Shown here one piece after another: positions 1-12,675 of a stretch of DNA of 42,318 nucleotides. Origin of the DNA: Octopus sinensis. Lineage: Eukaryota. The notes under the pieces were generated by a model. It was not told the DNA's origin, ran no database searches, and saw only the letters and a program-made list of their open reading frames with translations. How positions within the stretch are numbered: position 1 is the stretch's first letter; each line of letters begins with the position of its first letter. Location: contig NW_021835152.1 of the NCBI RefSeq assembly GCF_006345805.1, forward strand, positions 1 through 42,318. The letters run 5' to 3'. A program made the translations under genes and the position numbers.

Positions 1-43
1 AACAATAATGAGCAAAGAGGCCAGGGCAAGTGTCTAAAGAATA

Positions 44-924
44 TGTTAGTTAGTTAGTTAGGTAGTTAATTTGGCTCAAAAGCAAATAGCAAGGCCATTA
101 GGGGGACATGGAGTTAATTACAGGGTGGTGTTCATGTAAAGAGTCAGGCCACTTGAGGTCCAGGAGGCTTTGAACAACGCGGTCGTCGGCATCTTCACCA
201 TCTCGTCTGGCAGCTTGTTCCACGGATCCGCAACCCGGACGGAGAAAGCTCCTCTCCTTCGATTGAGATGAAATTGTCGCAGGTAGAGCTTTTCGGAATG
301 ACCCCGCAGCCGACGCTCCGGAGCAGGAGTGAAGAACAGCTCTTTCGAGAGGTTACACTTCCCGCTTATGATGTGTGGGCGAGAATGAGATCACCACGGC
401 GGCGGCGTTTTTCAAGAGAATAAAGGTCGAGCGTCCTCAGCCTTTCTTCGTAGGACAAATTTTTGAGACCATGAACCATGCATGCGGTAGCCAGCCTCTG
501 GACTCTTTCGAGATGCTGTATGTCTTTGAGGAGATAAGAGAAGAGGCTTGAATCCCATACTCCAATATGGGTCTCACCAGCGTGACATAGAGTGGTAGGA
601 ATATGGCTGCTGTGAGCATTCCGAATGAAACCGTCGAATCAAGAACAGAATTCCGCGCGCTTGTTGGCAGCATGGACGCACTGGGCCGAAGGCGAAAAGG
701 AGGAATCCACCAAGATACCCAGGTCCTTTACCTGATCGGTCCTCTCCAGCAGCAGACGACCCGGCTCGAAATCAAGTTGAGTTGCAGGAGTAGAGCCGAC
801 AGGCAGATGACAGCACTTTGACACGTTCAGACACAGGTCCCAATCGTTAGACTACTTCCAAATTTGGTGGAGGCATCGACGAAGATCCTCTATACTACCG
901 CGAGGAGCGACCAGTTTGATATCG
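44..924 (-). mobile_element. CR1/L2-type non-LTR retrotransposon, 5'-truncated 3' end (frameshifted ORF2 remnant plus 3' UTR and (AACT)n tail)
   Basis: Minus-strand translation across frameshifts gives DIKL (just after the RT xADD motif), [51 protein letters not shown] and FKASLDLKW. Likely stop at 98-100; short tandem AACT tail near 44-70. Confidence 0.88.
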
Positions 925-2270
925 AAACATGCATACATGCATACATACATATACAAGGGATAGCCATGCCTAGGGAGCTTTTAATCGTGGGTTTTCAAAA
1001 CCAGGTGTGATATGGCTTAAACAACAAGCACAAACACACACACACACAAACACACACATGCAAAGACTCACACACACATACATATACATACAGTTACACA
1101 CACACACATTCATGAAAGCTGCAATGTTTTCCGTCATCCAAAATTCTGTAACCTTGACAACTACACACGTCGACAGACACCTTGCTGTTAACTAACCACC
1201 ACCTCCAGCACCAGCACCAGCACCAGCACCAGCACCACCACAACCACCACCACCACCACCACCCTACTCCGCTACCCCCTCCCCACCACCATTGCCGTTA
1301 TCCAGAGAAACCTGGTTAGTGAGGAAGTTGCGTTGGGTGCGGCGAAGCGATTATAACAGTCGTTGTATCAAAGAACTGATAATTCGGGTTGAAGTTCGAC
1401 GCACCGATTGAGTTTGGCTGAAGAGAAGGAGGAGGAGGAAAAGGAACTGAGATAAAATTGAGAACTATGATAACTGGTGTCGTAGCGCGCGCACGTGCTT
1501 GTGTGCGTGTGCGTGTGCGTGTGCGCGTGCGTGTGTGTGTGTAAGGTGCATATGTAGACGTGTATGAAGAGGTGGAAAAGGAAAACCAACGGAGTAACCG
1601 GGTTGAAGCGGAAAACAATTTGTTTTCCATGTCCAAGATATGACATGGAAGCAGTGACGATGCTTTAATGATCCGGAGTTCAGCGATGTTGAACGGAAGA
1701 GAATCGAACGAGAGAGAAGGTTGGGGGGTGGGAAATGGCACAGGGTAGGGAAGAGACAAGGAACAGGTGACATGCGACAGGCGACAGGCGACAGGCGCTA
1801 TTTTGTTTTTAGCGGAATGTCCATCAAATATTCCCTGAGACCGGTGCTTATCAACCATTTTCGCCCGCGGACTTCTGTGATTCTGATTTTAGCGCTTGGA
1901 CTTCATGGTTATTCGATATTTAAATAAGTCTTCATATTTTTACAAAAAATATTATTAAGAATTGTAGGAAAAAACAAAAACAAGATTCTTAAAATGTTTT
2001 GTGTGTCGTAGAATTATAAGCAATTTATTGCAGATAGATGTTAACAACAAAATCTTTTGTTGAACCGCATGGGCCAAATGGGCTCCGATTGCGAACCACT
2101 ACCTAAGACGATCGATCAGTCTACGATCAGCTTTATCCATATGCAATAAACGTCTGAATTAATCCTTTCCATGAGGTACTGGTGAAAAGGTCGGTGATAC
2201 GTGCGGAAGAACCAGTGCATTAGAAGGTGACGATGGTAATGACATAAAACTGCACAATATTGCATGCAAT

Positions 2271-2364
2271 AAATTAAGTACCAGCCGCGTACTGGAGTCG
2301 ATCTAATTGACTGGCCCCTTCCCCCAAAATGTCGGGCTTTGTGCCTTGAGTAGAAAGGAATATT
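2271..2364 (+). mobile_element. tRNA-derived SINE family A, 3' half
   Basis: aaattaagtaccag...gtcgatctaattgactggcccc...gtgccttgagtagaaa matches the fuller copy at about 27510-27598. Confidence 0.75.
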
Positions 2365-2744
2365 GTATGTAATATGAAATAAATGACATTCGTTCACCGA
2401 AACGTACGTAACATTGTTTTGATTTTTCTTTTCTTCAATTAAAATTATTGTTATTCATTCTGTGAGGATTCTAACATAGCAGTTTGATATACATGCGTTG
2501 GATTAGCGGAGTGTGCTTTTAATAATTGGCCGAAGTACAGCTTATCGTTCTTTGGTTAATTGAAAGGTGCAACCTTTACATCGATAACCAGGTTCCAGCA
2601 TGAAGCGCTACCAAAGTGATTGCCAGGATTTTACCTAAGCCCTCAATTACACACACACATAGACGCACGCACAGATACACACATGTACACACATACATAT
2701 GTGCGTGCATGATTTGTTTATTCGTCTGAAAAGGTATGCATGCA

Positions 2745-2789
<45 letters not shown>

Positions 2790-3003
2790 GTACATGTATC
2801 CATCAGTGCCTCTGTGGTTGGGTGCAGGACTGGGGTAGAAATGATTAGAGCAAAGTATTTAATTTGTAGTTTAATGGACAGAGGAAAGAAAGGATGCCGG
2901 GTGCAAGATAAGAAGCGGGTACCCTGGATGGGATTGTGTCGGGCGGTGGCCAGGAAGCAGAAGATAGATAAGGAGATGAAACAACACATCTGTGAGCTAA
3001 TAG

Positions 3004-3050
<47 letters not shown>

Positions 3051-3682
3051 TGTATCTGTGAGTATGTATGTAATGTATGCGTGTGTATATGTATATACAT
3101 GTTACGTATGTACGTACATACATACATATAAGCGTATACAGAACGCAGCATGTATAAGAACCCGAAAACAGATTCAAAAGCAGTTTAACAACAGTTTTGT
3201 TTTTTTCTGAAGCCTTTGCAATGACAAATTAAACAGATGTAAATAGATCTCGTAATTCTCTTTGCTGAGCGAACAAAAAGGACAACTAAAAGCAATAATG
3301 GAAGAGTGAAAGGACGGGGTTTGAGAGAAAGAAGGTTATTAGGGAGTTGTATATAAATGTGTAGAGGGGTGAACTGAAGGGTTGGGAAGATGTTTAGATC
3401 TCAGGGTTTGCTTAGAAGAACAGATAGATAGAAGGATAAGTCGATAGGTAGGTATGTTGGTGGATGAACAGATACTCGGTGACGAGGTAGATAAATAGAC
3501 AAATGGCTAGGAAGACAGATAAACAGAATGAAGGAGTTGGATGGGGAGAAATAATGCCGAAGGGTAGATAAATGATTAGAATATAGGAGGGCAGGTAAAC
3601 AGTTGTACAGATATAAGGTACATGAAAGCGGGTGATGCAAATGAGTGTTTTATGCAACAAGTGCATAATTACACGAAACAGC

Positions 3683-3721
<39 letters not shown>

Positions 3722-4894
3722 GTGTTTATATTAAAAGTTGACATTTTTGGTACGAGATACTCGACAATGTAATCATCTGGGTCTTTTCTTGCTGTTACGT
3801 TTTCGTGCCAACCCAAAAGCCGAAGAGATTGGTTTCCCTCTCTCCAAACTCGTGTGCCACAGAATACAATGGATCTGTTGATTGCTCACACCAAGGTGCC
3901 ATAGAGCTCTGTTGACCTGGGACTTTACAACAACAACTATAGCTCTGATATTTTATTTTAACCGGTCCCGGAAGGATGAAAAGCGAAGGGGTTAGCGGGG
4001 TCTGTATACTTATTATAATCATCTCGCAGCACATTCTTGTTCCCACATTAAATATCTACACAAATTCATGGTTCAAATATGTCTGCATATTTAACCATTT
4101 GCTTGCTAAATTTTTGTTGCGATTCACTGTCTTTGTTCAATTAATTTTGAAGCTAATGAAGAAATTAGCCAAATAACTTTGTCATGCTAGCGTTTGCAAC
4201 ATAAATAAACATTTTGATGGAAGCTTTTAATTTAGATCACTTCAAACATGAAATTTGTACCCTAGACCTTGGGGCGGTCCCAAGCGGGCTGGGATCAAAA
4301 GGATCAAAGTATTTTGTCAGTCACTCCAACTCTTGACAGTGTCGCTGGTCTACGTTTCACAGTTGAAGTTGTTTTGAAACTGGGCCTCAGTCCCCAACGG
4401 GAACCTTTTATTTACCACGGAAAATAAAAGACAAAGTCGACTACCGATGGGATTTGAACTCAGAACGGCAAGAGACGCAACGAATACTGCAAAATATTTT
4501 CTGTCCGTCATTCCAGCAATTCTGTCACGTGGTGGATGGACAAAGTCTCACCCAGTTGAGCCAAGACTAACAGTAACTAAGCGGTCGGTGACACAGGGGC
4601 AGTACTTCTTCCTATGTGGGTCACACACCCAACACAGCTCACATTCAACCAACAATTGTTCACCGCTGACGAACGACCTTTATACGTCGAAGAGGAAGTG
4701 TGCACTTTAAGAGGATTCTTTTGTTCTTAGTCTTGTTGTTGTTGTTGTTGTCGTTGTTGCAGCTGCTGTTGTTGTTGTTGATGATGATGATGATGATGTA
4801 GTTGTTTTCTTACAGTGTTATATGTGTTGTACTTTCCGTTCGTTCGTGTGATTGTCATGGCTAGAAGTAATCAGAGATAGTCAGGTCTAGAGTT

Positions 4895-4897
4895 TGA

Positions 4898-4928
<31 letters not shown>

Positions 4929-4936
4929 TGTATGTA

Positions 4937-4982
<46 letters not shown>

Positions 4983-4995
4983 CGTCCGTCCGTCC

Positions 4996-5027
<32 letters not shown>

Positions 5028-5043
5028 GTCTGTCTGTCTGTCC

Positions 5044-5095
<52 letters not shown>

Positions 5096-5103
5096 GTCTG
5101 TCC

Positions 5104-5143
<40 letters not shown>

Positions 5144-5147
5144 GTCT

Positions 5148-5181
<34 letters not shown>

Positions 5182-5187
5182 CTGTCC

Positions 5188-5221
<34 letters not shown>

Positions 5222-5223
5222 AC

Positions 5224-5301
<78 letters not shown>

Positions 5302-5302
5302 G
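4895..5302. repeat. Compound microsatellite (TATG)n-(TCTG/TCCG)n-(TATC)n-(TC)n
   Basis: Directly visible; it explains the SVCL-repeat ORFs. Confidence 0.97.
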
Positions 5303-5472
5303 CCTATTCTCTGCTTGTTTTGACATTTATGAATGTATACATGTGTACAGTGTGTGTGTGTGTGTGTGTGTGTACATGCCCTGTAGGGCGTACCCGGTTA
5401 AATAAAAGTAACATTATTACAATGTAGCTAAGGTTTACATTCAAGCGTTTCTTTTGGAATCTGTTTGTTTGA

Positions 5473-5525
<53 letters not shown>

Positions 5526-5527
<2 letters not shown>

Positions 5528-5959
5528 CTTTTATTCTTTTACTTGTTTCAGTCATTTGACTGTGGCCATGCTGGAGTAGCACCGTTTGTCGAGCAAACTG
5601 ACCCCAGAATTTATTCTTTGTAAGCCTAGTAATTATTATATCGATACCGTTTGCCGAACCGCTATTATGGGACGTAAACACACCAGCATCGGTTGTCAAG
5701 CGATGGGGAAAGGAACAAAACAGAACAACAAAACATATATATACATATATATATATATACTATATATATATATATATATTATATATAATATATATAGGTA
5801 TGTACGACAGGCTTCTTTCAGTTTTCGTTACCAATCCACTCAAAAAGTTTTGTCGGTCCGAGCCTATAGTAGAAGACGCTTGCCCAGGGTGCCACGCAGG
5901 GGGACTGAACCCGGAGCCATGTGGCTGGGAAGCAAGCTTCATACCACACAGCCACCCCT
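5526..5959 (-). mobile_element. tRNA-derived SINE family B, near full length, with internal TA tract
   Basis: Reverse complement of the copy at 7356-7770; head tggctgtgtggtatgaagcttgcttcccagccacatggctccgggttcagtccc with A/B-box-like motifs. Confidence 0.85.
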
Positions 5960-6040
5960 ATATATATATATATGTGTGTGTGTTTGTGGGTGGGGGTGGG
6001 TGTGTGTGTATATACTGACATATACAGATATTCATACATT

Positions 6041-6043
<3 letters not shown>

Positions 6044-6107
<64 letters not shown>

Positions 6108-6141
6108 AGAGAGAGATTGAGAGAGAGATTGAGAGAGAAAG
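6044..6141. repeat. (GA)n microsatellite
   Basis: Directly visible. Confidence 0.97.
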
Positions 6142-6995
6142 AAAGCTGTGATAGGAACTAGAACTATAAAAGCGGATGTCCAGCCATGGCGGATGTACTC
6201 GTAAAGACCCTTCTCACCCGCCACATTCAACCTCTCAACATTTCACTTTCCCGCCACAACATCTGTATTTTCCCGCCATTTCAACATCAACTTTTTCTCG
6301 CTGTTTTTTTATTTTATTTTAATAACTCATACATATTCATCTATCAGTTTCTCACGCGCCAGGCTTTAACGAGCTGACCTATGATGAAAGGCATTCCAGT
6401 CATGACTATCTCTTCCTATTTCTTGTAACAATGTATCAACAACCAGAATGCAATGAGTGTTCCTGTTTTTCTGGAGGAATGTCGTAATTTGAGGGAGATT
6501 TCGTTGCTATTTTTGCGAGGTTGAGTGACCACGTAGAGGTTCTCTCCTTTTTTGGTCTCTGTTCTTGTTGATGTGATTACTGCTGCTGCGGTTGCTGCTG
6601 CTGCCGCGGCTGTTGTTGTTGTTGTTGTAGTAACATCATTATTGTTGTTATTTAACCCTAAAGCATTCCTCATTGAGCAGGTTTGTGGCCCAAATGTGTT
6701 CTAATCATGACCATCCCGTCTGAATATATGTTTGGTATATCAAGGTCTACACTAGTCAGGTGTTTTTCTTGCATTAAAGTTGTGATTTTGTTTGTTATTT
6801 CGGTCACAACATTAAGAAACATCACCCGACATTCGCCTTATCACTGACAACACTAAGCGGGTAGTGGTAGGGTGGGCTCGGCCTAAGGAGACAGGGTTTA
6901 AAGCATCTCAGGTTTATTTAAAACTTGGACAGGAAAAAAAAAAGATAAACCAGAAGCACTTCAAATTTTGAAGTGTTTATCGCTTACTTTTGTAA

Positions 6996-7043
<48 letters not shown>

Positions 7044-7177
7044 ATAATGATTTTTATTATTTACCCCAAGGCTAACGGGTGAGAAATTTTGAAAAGAGGT
7101 TGAGGTTGATTTATCTGGCGGATCAATTGTAATAAAATTCCTGTCACGGAAATCTGTCGCTTGCTTGTCTGGGAATT

Positions 7178-7330
<153 letters not shown>

Positions 7331-7355
7331 GTAAGTATGTATGTGTGTGTGTGTG

Positions 7356-7769
7356 TGGTGGCTGTGAGGTAAGTAGCTTGCTTACCAACAACATGGTTCC
7401 AGTTTCAGTCCCACTGCGTGGTACCTTGGGCAAGTGTCTTCTACTATAGCCTCGGGCCGACCAAAGCCTTGTGAGTGGATTTGGTAGACGGAAGCTGAAA
7501 GAAGCCCGTCGTATATGTGTGTGTGTGTGCATGTGTGTGTGTGTGTGTGTGCGTGTGTGTATGTGTGTGTGCGTTTGTATGTCCGTGTTTGTCCCCACAA
7601 CATCGCTCGACAACCGACGTTGGTATGTCTATGTTCCCGTAACAGCGGTTCGGCATAAAAGAACGATAGAATAAGTAACAGGCATACAAAAGAATAACTC
7701 TTGGGGTCGATTTGCTCGACAAAAGGCGGTGCTCCAGCATAGCCGCAGTCAAAATAAAATAATAAAAGA

Positions 7770-7770
<1 letters not shown>
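7356..7770 (+). mobile_element. tRNA-derived SINE family B, near full length, with internal (GT)n
   Basis: Head tggctgtgaggtaag...ccagtttcagtccc; body gcctcgggccgaccaaagccttgtgagtggatttggtagacgg; tail ggcggtgctccagcatagccgcagtc followed by an A-rich end. Other copies at 5526-5959, 33749-34040 and 35285-35450. Confidence 0.85.
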
Positions 7771-7806
<36 letters not shown>

Positions 7807-7807
7807 G

Positions 7808-7838
<31 letters not shown>

Positions 7839-7847
7839 TGTGTGTGT

Positions 7848-7877
<30 letters not shown>

Positions 7878-7879
<2 letters not shown>

Positions 7880-8226
7880 CGAGGGTGAGTTAAAAAGCAA
7901 TGCCATTTTGTTTTCGTGCCTCGTCACTGGATTAATGTTTGCCTCTCTTTCATGGGGCCGAAGTCTGAAGGTGCTAAATCTGGAGACGAGGAAGTGAAAA
8001 CTGTAGTAAAGAAGTGGCTCAAAGAACAGTCACCAGAATTTTACGGGGCAGGGACACATGCTCTTATTCGAAGGTGGAACATTGCTATTGAGAGAAACGG
8101 TGACTATGTTGAGAAGTAGGGATGTGATCCACAGAGGACCAGCTTCATTTTGATGTATGATACATGTTCCTGTGTTGGTAATTATACCTGTCTTAAAGAA
8201 AATGGCATCACTTTTTGACTCTCGTA
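7878..8226 (+). mobile_element. Mariner-derived MITE / internal deletion derivative
   Basis: TA-flanked TIRs tacgagggtgagttaaaaagcaatgccattt / aaatggcatcactttttgactctcgta; transposase C-terminus DEEVKTVVKKWLKEQSPEFY...RRWNIAIERNGDYVEK. Confidence 0.88.
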
Positions 8227-8776
8227 TATATATAAAATATAGAGATAAGATAAAGCAGCCCTCCTACACACCACGTCTCTTTTCAGATTTTAATTTGTTC
8301 CAAAAAAGAATTCTTCTCGGAAATCGAGACTTCTTTTTCCTTCCTTCGCAACATAAACTTTATTCCATTCTATTTGCTGCCACAGAAGATCCCTCGTTCT
8401 CTTCACTTCCATCAACTTTTACTATTTTTACTGGGAGATATCAGGACAGTTGAGAAAAATCAACACATTTTTGTCTCCCTTACATCTGTAAAGATTTCTT
8501 GGTAAATGTTATCGGGGTTGGTTAATATATTTTAGATGAGACTGTGGCATTCATACGATCTATACTCGATGACACTTCTACGCGAGTGCGCGCGCACACA
8601 CACACAATCACACAAACATACAATTCATACATACACACATGCACATACATACATACATACATACAATACATACATACATACATACATAAATCTTTTTTTT
8701 AGAATGATGTGCATAAATATACGTATACATACAGACGTGTACATACGCGCTCAAATACACTCACGTATACACACAT

Positions 8777-8779
8777 GCA

Positions 8780-8864
<85 letters not shown>

Positions 8865-8935
8865 GTCTGTCTATCCATCCATCCATCCATCAATCCATCC
8901 ATCATCCATTCATCCATCCATCCATCCATCCATCC

Positions 8936-8979
<44 letters not shown>

Positions 8980-9054
8980 GTCTGTCTATCCATCCATCCA
9001 TCCATCAATCCATCCATCATCCATTCATCCATCCATCCATCCATCCATCCATCC

Positions 9055-9122
<68 letters not shown>

Positions 9123-9220
9123 GTCTGTCCGTCTGTCGTCTGTCTGTCCGTCCGTCCGTCCGTCCGTCCGTCCATCCATCCATCCATCCATCCATCTATC
9201 TATCTATTATCTATCTATCT
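8777..9220. repeat. Compound (TATC)n/(CATC)n microsatellite with a higher-order internal duplication
   Basis: Directly visible; the block ctgtctatccatcc...caatccatccatcatccattcatcc occurs twice. Confidence 0.95.
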
Positions 9221-9221
9221 A

Positions 9222-9957
9222 AAAGGTCGGGCGTACATCGCATCCGTCATCGAATACCACCTGACCGTCGTGCCTTGTCCCGACCCTACCATCACCAAAC
9301 TGGAACGCATACTCTTCCGCTTCCTGTGGAAGGGAAGCGTTCCGATGGTTAGCCGATCCATTTGCTGTCAACACCCGCTAAATGGAGGGATAGGCATACC
9401 GTGGTTGATGATGCGGAGACATGCGCTGAGACTGCGACATCTCCGGCGCTTCATAGACGACGGTGAACAGGTGTGGTCGCCGTTTGTGCGGCGCGCTTTC
9501 CTGCAACTCGTCTCCTTGACCGAACTGCAGTCGTGGATCAAGCAGAGACCGAGGCTGGGCGAATGGCACCGCGAGTGTCGTGTTGCTCTCAAGCAACTCT
9601 GTCGTCCGGGACCAAACTTGTGCGACTTCATTACAACAAAGGCGTTCTATAGAGGGTTAGTGGAGGGGAGGTGCGACGACGTTCTCGGGCAGAATCTGGG
9701 CGTCGACGAGATACACCTGACCCGCCTGTTCAGGACAACTTTCGGGCTGTGACCTATGGAAAATCATCAAAGATCCCTGGCCTGACAGTGCTATCGAGAA
9801 GCATTACCTGTTCTGGATAAGCTCTACAGGCACGGTTCGAGACACACCGGACCGACTTACCCGAGATGCGATCAGAGTGACGAATCCGTTCTGCACGCAC
9901 TCATGCAGTGTCCAACCATTTCGGACCTGTGGGATTATGCCGAACGGCTGTTGTTAC

Positions 9958-9958
<1 letters not shown>
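9222..9958 (+). mobile_element. Tx1/L1-type LINE ORF2 C-terminal fragment
   Basis: [11 protein letters not shown]...[12 protein letters not shown]...NGGIGIP; the frame continues through TGA stops (9750, 9783) to a zinc-knuckle remnant YPRCDQSDESVLHALMQC. Homologous to 41277-42020. Confidence 0.85.
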
Positions 9959-9991
<33 letters not shown>

Positions 9992-9995
<4 letters not shown>

Positions 9996-10150
9996 AAACA
10001 AGTCAAAAATAGAAAATGCTAAGATGATTTTATAGTGAATCTTTCAGTACCGGTTTCGGTCATTTTGAGACCTTTTCAACTGTAACGATTAAATAATTAA
10101 ATTTAGAAAAATTAGAAGAAAAGTTTTTTAAAAAAATATTTCTGTAGTAG
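9992..10150 (-). mobile_element. Short Penelope-like (pseudo-LTR type) fragment abutting a (TA)n tract
   Basis: Contains the hammerhead-like motif at 10041-10086 and begins at the TA tract 9959-9991. The outer boundary is approximate. Confidence 0.5.
10041..10086 (-). ncRNA. Type I hammerhead-like ribozyme, U3-A8 core variant
   Basis: Minus strand: CAG-UUGAAAA-GGUC-ucaaaau-GACC-GAAA-C-CG-G-UA-CUG. Stem I CAG/CUG, stem II GGUC/GACC, palindromic stem III ACCGGU, GUA triplet. Confidence 0.65.
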
Positions 10151-10420
10151 TGTTCAGATATAAGTAGCATTCTGCCTTTCTCTGACTCCCTTGTTTGCAC
10201 TTGTGTGTTCGAGGTCGTTTTGAGTTCTTGGTAGGATAGGTGAAGAATAATGAGGCTGATGTGGAGAGGGGGTGGGGAAATCTGGGAATGCCTTAATGGT
10301 CGTATTTTGAATGGTCAGTTGCTGACAGTAGTCGCAGTTCAATTCAGGAATTGTTTATGGAATTTGCGTAGGCGTTATACTGAAAGACATTAGTGACAAG
10401 GTTAAGGGGTGGAAGGTGGA

Positions 10421-10610
10421 GAAGTAGAAGAAGAAGAAGATGACGATGTTGATGATGATGATGATGAAGAAGAAGAAGAAGAAGAAGAAGAAGAAGAAGA
10501 AGAAGAAGGAGAAGGAGAAGATGGTGGTGATGATGGTGGTGATGATGATGACGACGATGATGATGATAATGATGATGATGAAGAAGAGAAAGAAGAAGAA
10601 GAAGAAAAAA
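10421..10610. repeat. (GAA)n/(GAT)n trinucleotide microsatellite
   Basis: Directly visible; it explains the poly-E/D and poly-K/M ORFs. Confidence 0.95.
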
Positions 10611-10735
10611 CAGAGAAGGGAGAATATGAATGGGTGTAAGTGATGGGGCTGATTAGTAATGGATTCTATGGAGTGTAATATTTGTGTGTGTATAAATTTC
10701 TTTTATTCTAAAGTTGAGGTATATTAATTGTTTGT

Positions 10736-11170
10736 CGTATATATATATAAATATATATAATATATATATAATATATATATATAATAATATAATATATATA
10801 TAATATATATAAATATATATATAATATATAATATATATATATATAATATATATAATATATATATAATATATATAATATATATATAATATATATATATAAT
10901 ATAATATATAATATATATAATATATATATAATATATATATATAATATATATAATATATATATAATATATATAATATATAGATATAATATATATATATAAT
11001 ATATATATAATATATATATATATAATATATATAATATATATATAATATATATATATAATATATTAATATATATATAAATATATATATAATATATATAATA
11101 TATATATAATATATAATATAATATATATTAATATATATATAATATTATAATATATATATATATGTATATA
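10736..11170. repeat. Near-pure AT low-complexity tract
   Basis: Directly visible. Confidence 0.97.
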
Positions 11171-11327
11171 TTTTCTCTCCTTGTTTCTTCTGTGTCCCTT
11201 TCTGTAGAAGAGCATAGGCTCGAAACGTAAAAGACTTTTTCTATTTCTGAGCGTTATACTAATACATCTGTTTGTTTTGTACACCAACTGTCTTCGTCTT
11301 TTGTTGTTTTTTTCGTAAACTCTCCCT
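11171..11327 (+). mobile_element. Penelope-like terminal fragment, family P1, with hammerhead-like motif at 11198-11234
   Basis: Near-identical to 31497-31690 and 35541-35742; TA tracts on both sides. An inverted partial copy lies at about 11440-11503. Confidence 0.65.
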
Positions 11328-11341
11328 ATATATATATATAT

Positions 11342-11437
<96 letters not shown>

Positions 11438-11633
11438 TATAGCACAGAAAGAAACAAGGAGGGAAAATAAAGAATGTGTAGTGGCTAACGATCTATCATG
11501 TCGACCAACGGCCTCGCTCCAGTATGGCCGCAGTTACATGACTGAAACAAATAAAACAATAAAAAACTATGCAATTTGTATATACATACATACATACATA
11601 CATTCATACAAACATACATACATATATATATAG

Positions 11634-12282
11634 ATTCAGTTGAATATGGAACTTAAGTTAAAGGCACCAGAATTTGGTAGGTATTATCCATATAATTCAA
11701 AATGGGGTGATTATAATTAAAATAAGCATCAAGGATATCCAAAGGTAATGCAATACGATCGTTTTATGCGACTCCATTTAATTAAACAATGCAAGTATTA
11801 CACCAGTTTGAAAATGTTGAGCAATATTCAGCTGCATAAAATTGAAAAGACTAATTTTTATACTTATTCCATTTACCAACATCACAAAGAGGATAAGTAG
11901 GTAGACAGAGAAACAAGTTTCATCAACAGAAACATGGTAGTAATTAATATTTTTTCATGAAGACACTGCTTAGCATTTATTTAACTTTGCTATTTAGATT
12001 TACTAATGATAAGCAGTTTCTCCATGAAAAAATATTAATTACTACCATGTTTCTGTTGATTAAACTTGTTTCTCTGTCTACCTACTTATCCTCTTTGTGA
12101 TGTTGGTAAATGGAATAAGTATAAAAATGAATCTTTTAAATTTAACTAAATTCTATTTTTATGCAGCTGAAGATTGCTCTACATTTTAAAACTAGTATAA
12201 TACTTGCATTGTTTAATTAAATGGAGTCGCATGAAACGATCGTACTGCATTACCTTTGGATATCCTTGTTGCTTATGTTGAG
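11634..12282. mobile_element. Foldback (head-to-head) Penelope-like insertion with paired hammerheads
   Basis: Arms about 11722-11977 and 12005-12276 are reverse complements with scattered mismatches and one indel; TA-rich microsatellites lie outside both ends. Confidence 0.75.
12161..12250 (+). ncRNA. Type I hammerhead ribozyme (canonical core)
   Basis: AUGCAG-CUGAAGA-uUGC...GCAu-GAAA-C-GAUC-G-UA-CUGCAU: 6-bp stem I, palindromic stem III ACGAUCGU, predicted cleavage after A12244. Confidence 0.8.
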
Positions 12283-12293
12283 TATATATATAT

Positions 12294-12348
<55 letters not shown>

Positions 12349-12525
12349 CATCTATCTCTATCTATATATATGTATATATATCTATATATATGTATACATG
12401 CATACATACATACACACACACACACACGCACACACATATATATATATAAATACATCTATATATACGTATACATATATATATATACATCTATGTATGCATA
12501 TACCTACATACATACATATATACAT

Positions 12526-12561
<36 letters not shown>

Positions 12562-12675
12562 GTACATATATATACATTTATATACACACATACACACACA
12601 TATACACATAAATATACATACATAAATATATATATATGCATAAAATATATATACTTATATATATATATATATATA

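Noticed and set aside
1930-2102. hAT-like MITE end, similar to 32690-32850
   Set aside because: Only one terminus is visible and similarity is weak; not listed as a feature.
4666-4700. CTGACGA...GTCGAAG hammerhead candidate
   Set aside because: GAAG instead of GAAA, offset stem II, and no stem I or III.
4894-5427. Long ORFs of SVCL/LSIY repeats, and the many YIYI, HTHT and CVCV ORFs elsewhere
   Set aside because: Translations of microsatellites with no stop codons; no domain content.
9750-9785. In-frame TGA codons as selenocysteine
   Set aside because: One replaces an expected Trp in a decaying LINE; no SECIS seen; simple nonsense mutations are likelier.
10409-10643. Acidic poly-E/D and poly-K ORFs
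   Set aside because: GAA/GAT trinucleotide tract; no splice or domain support.
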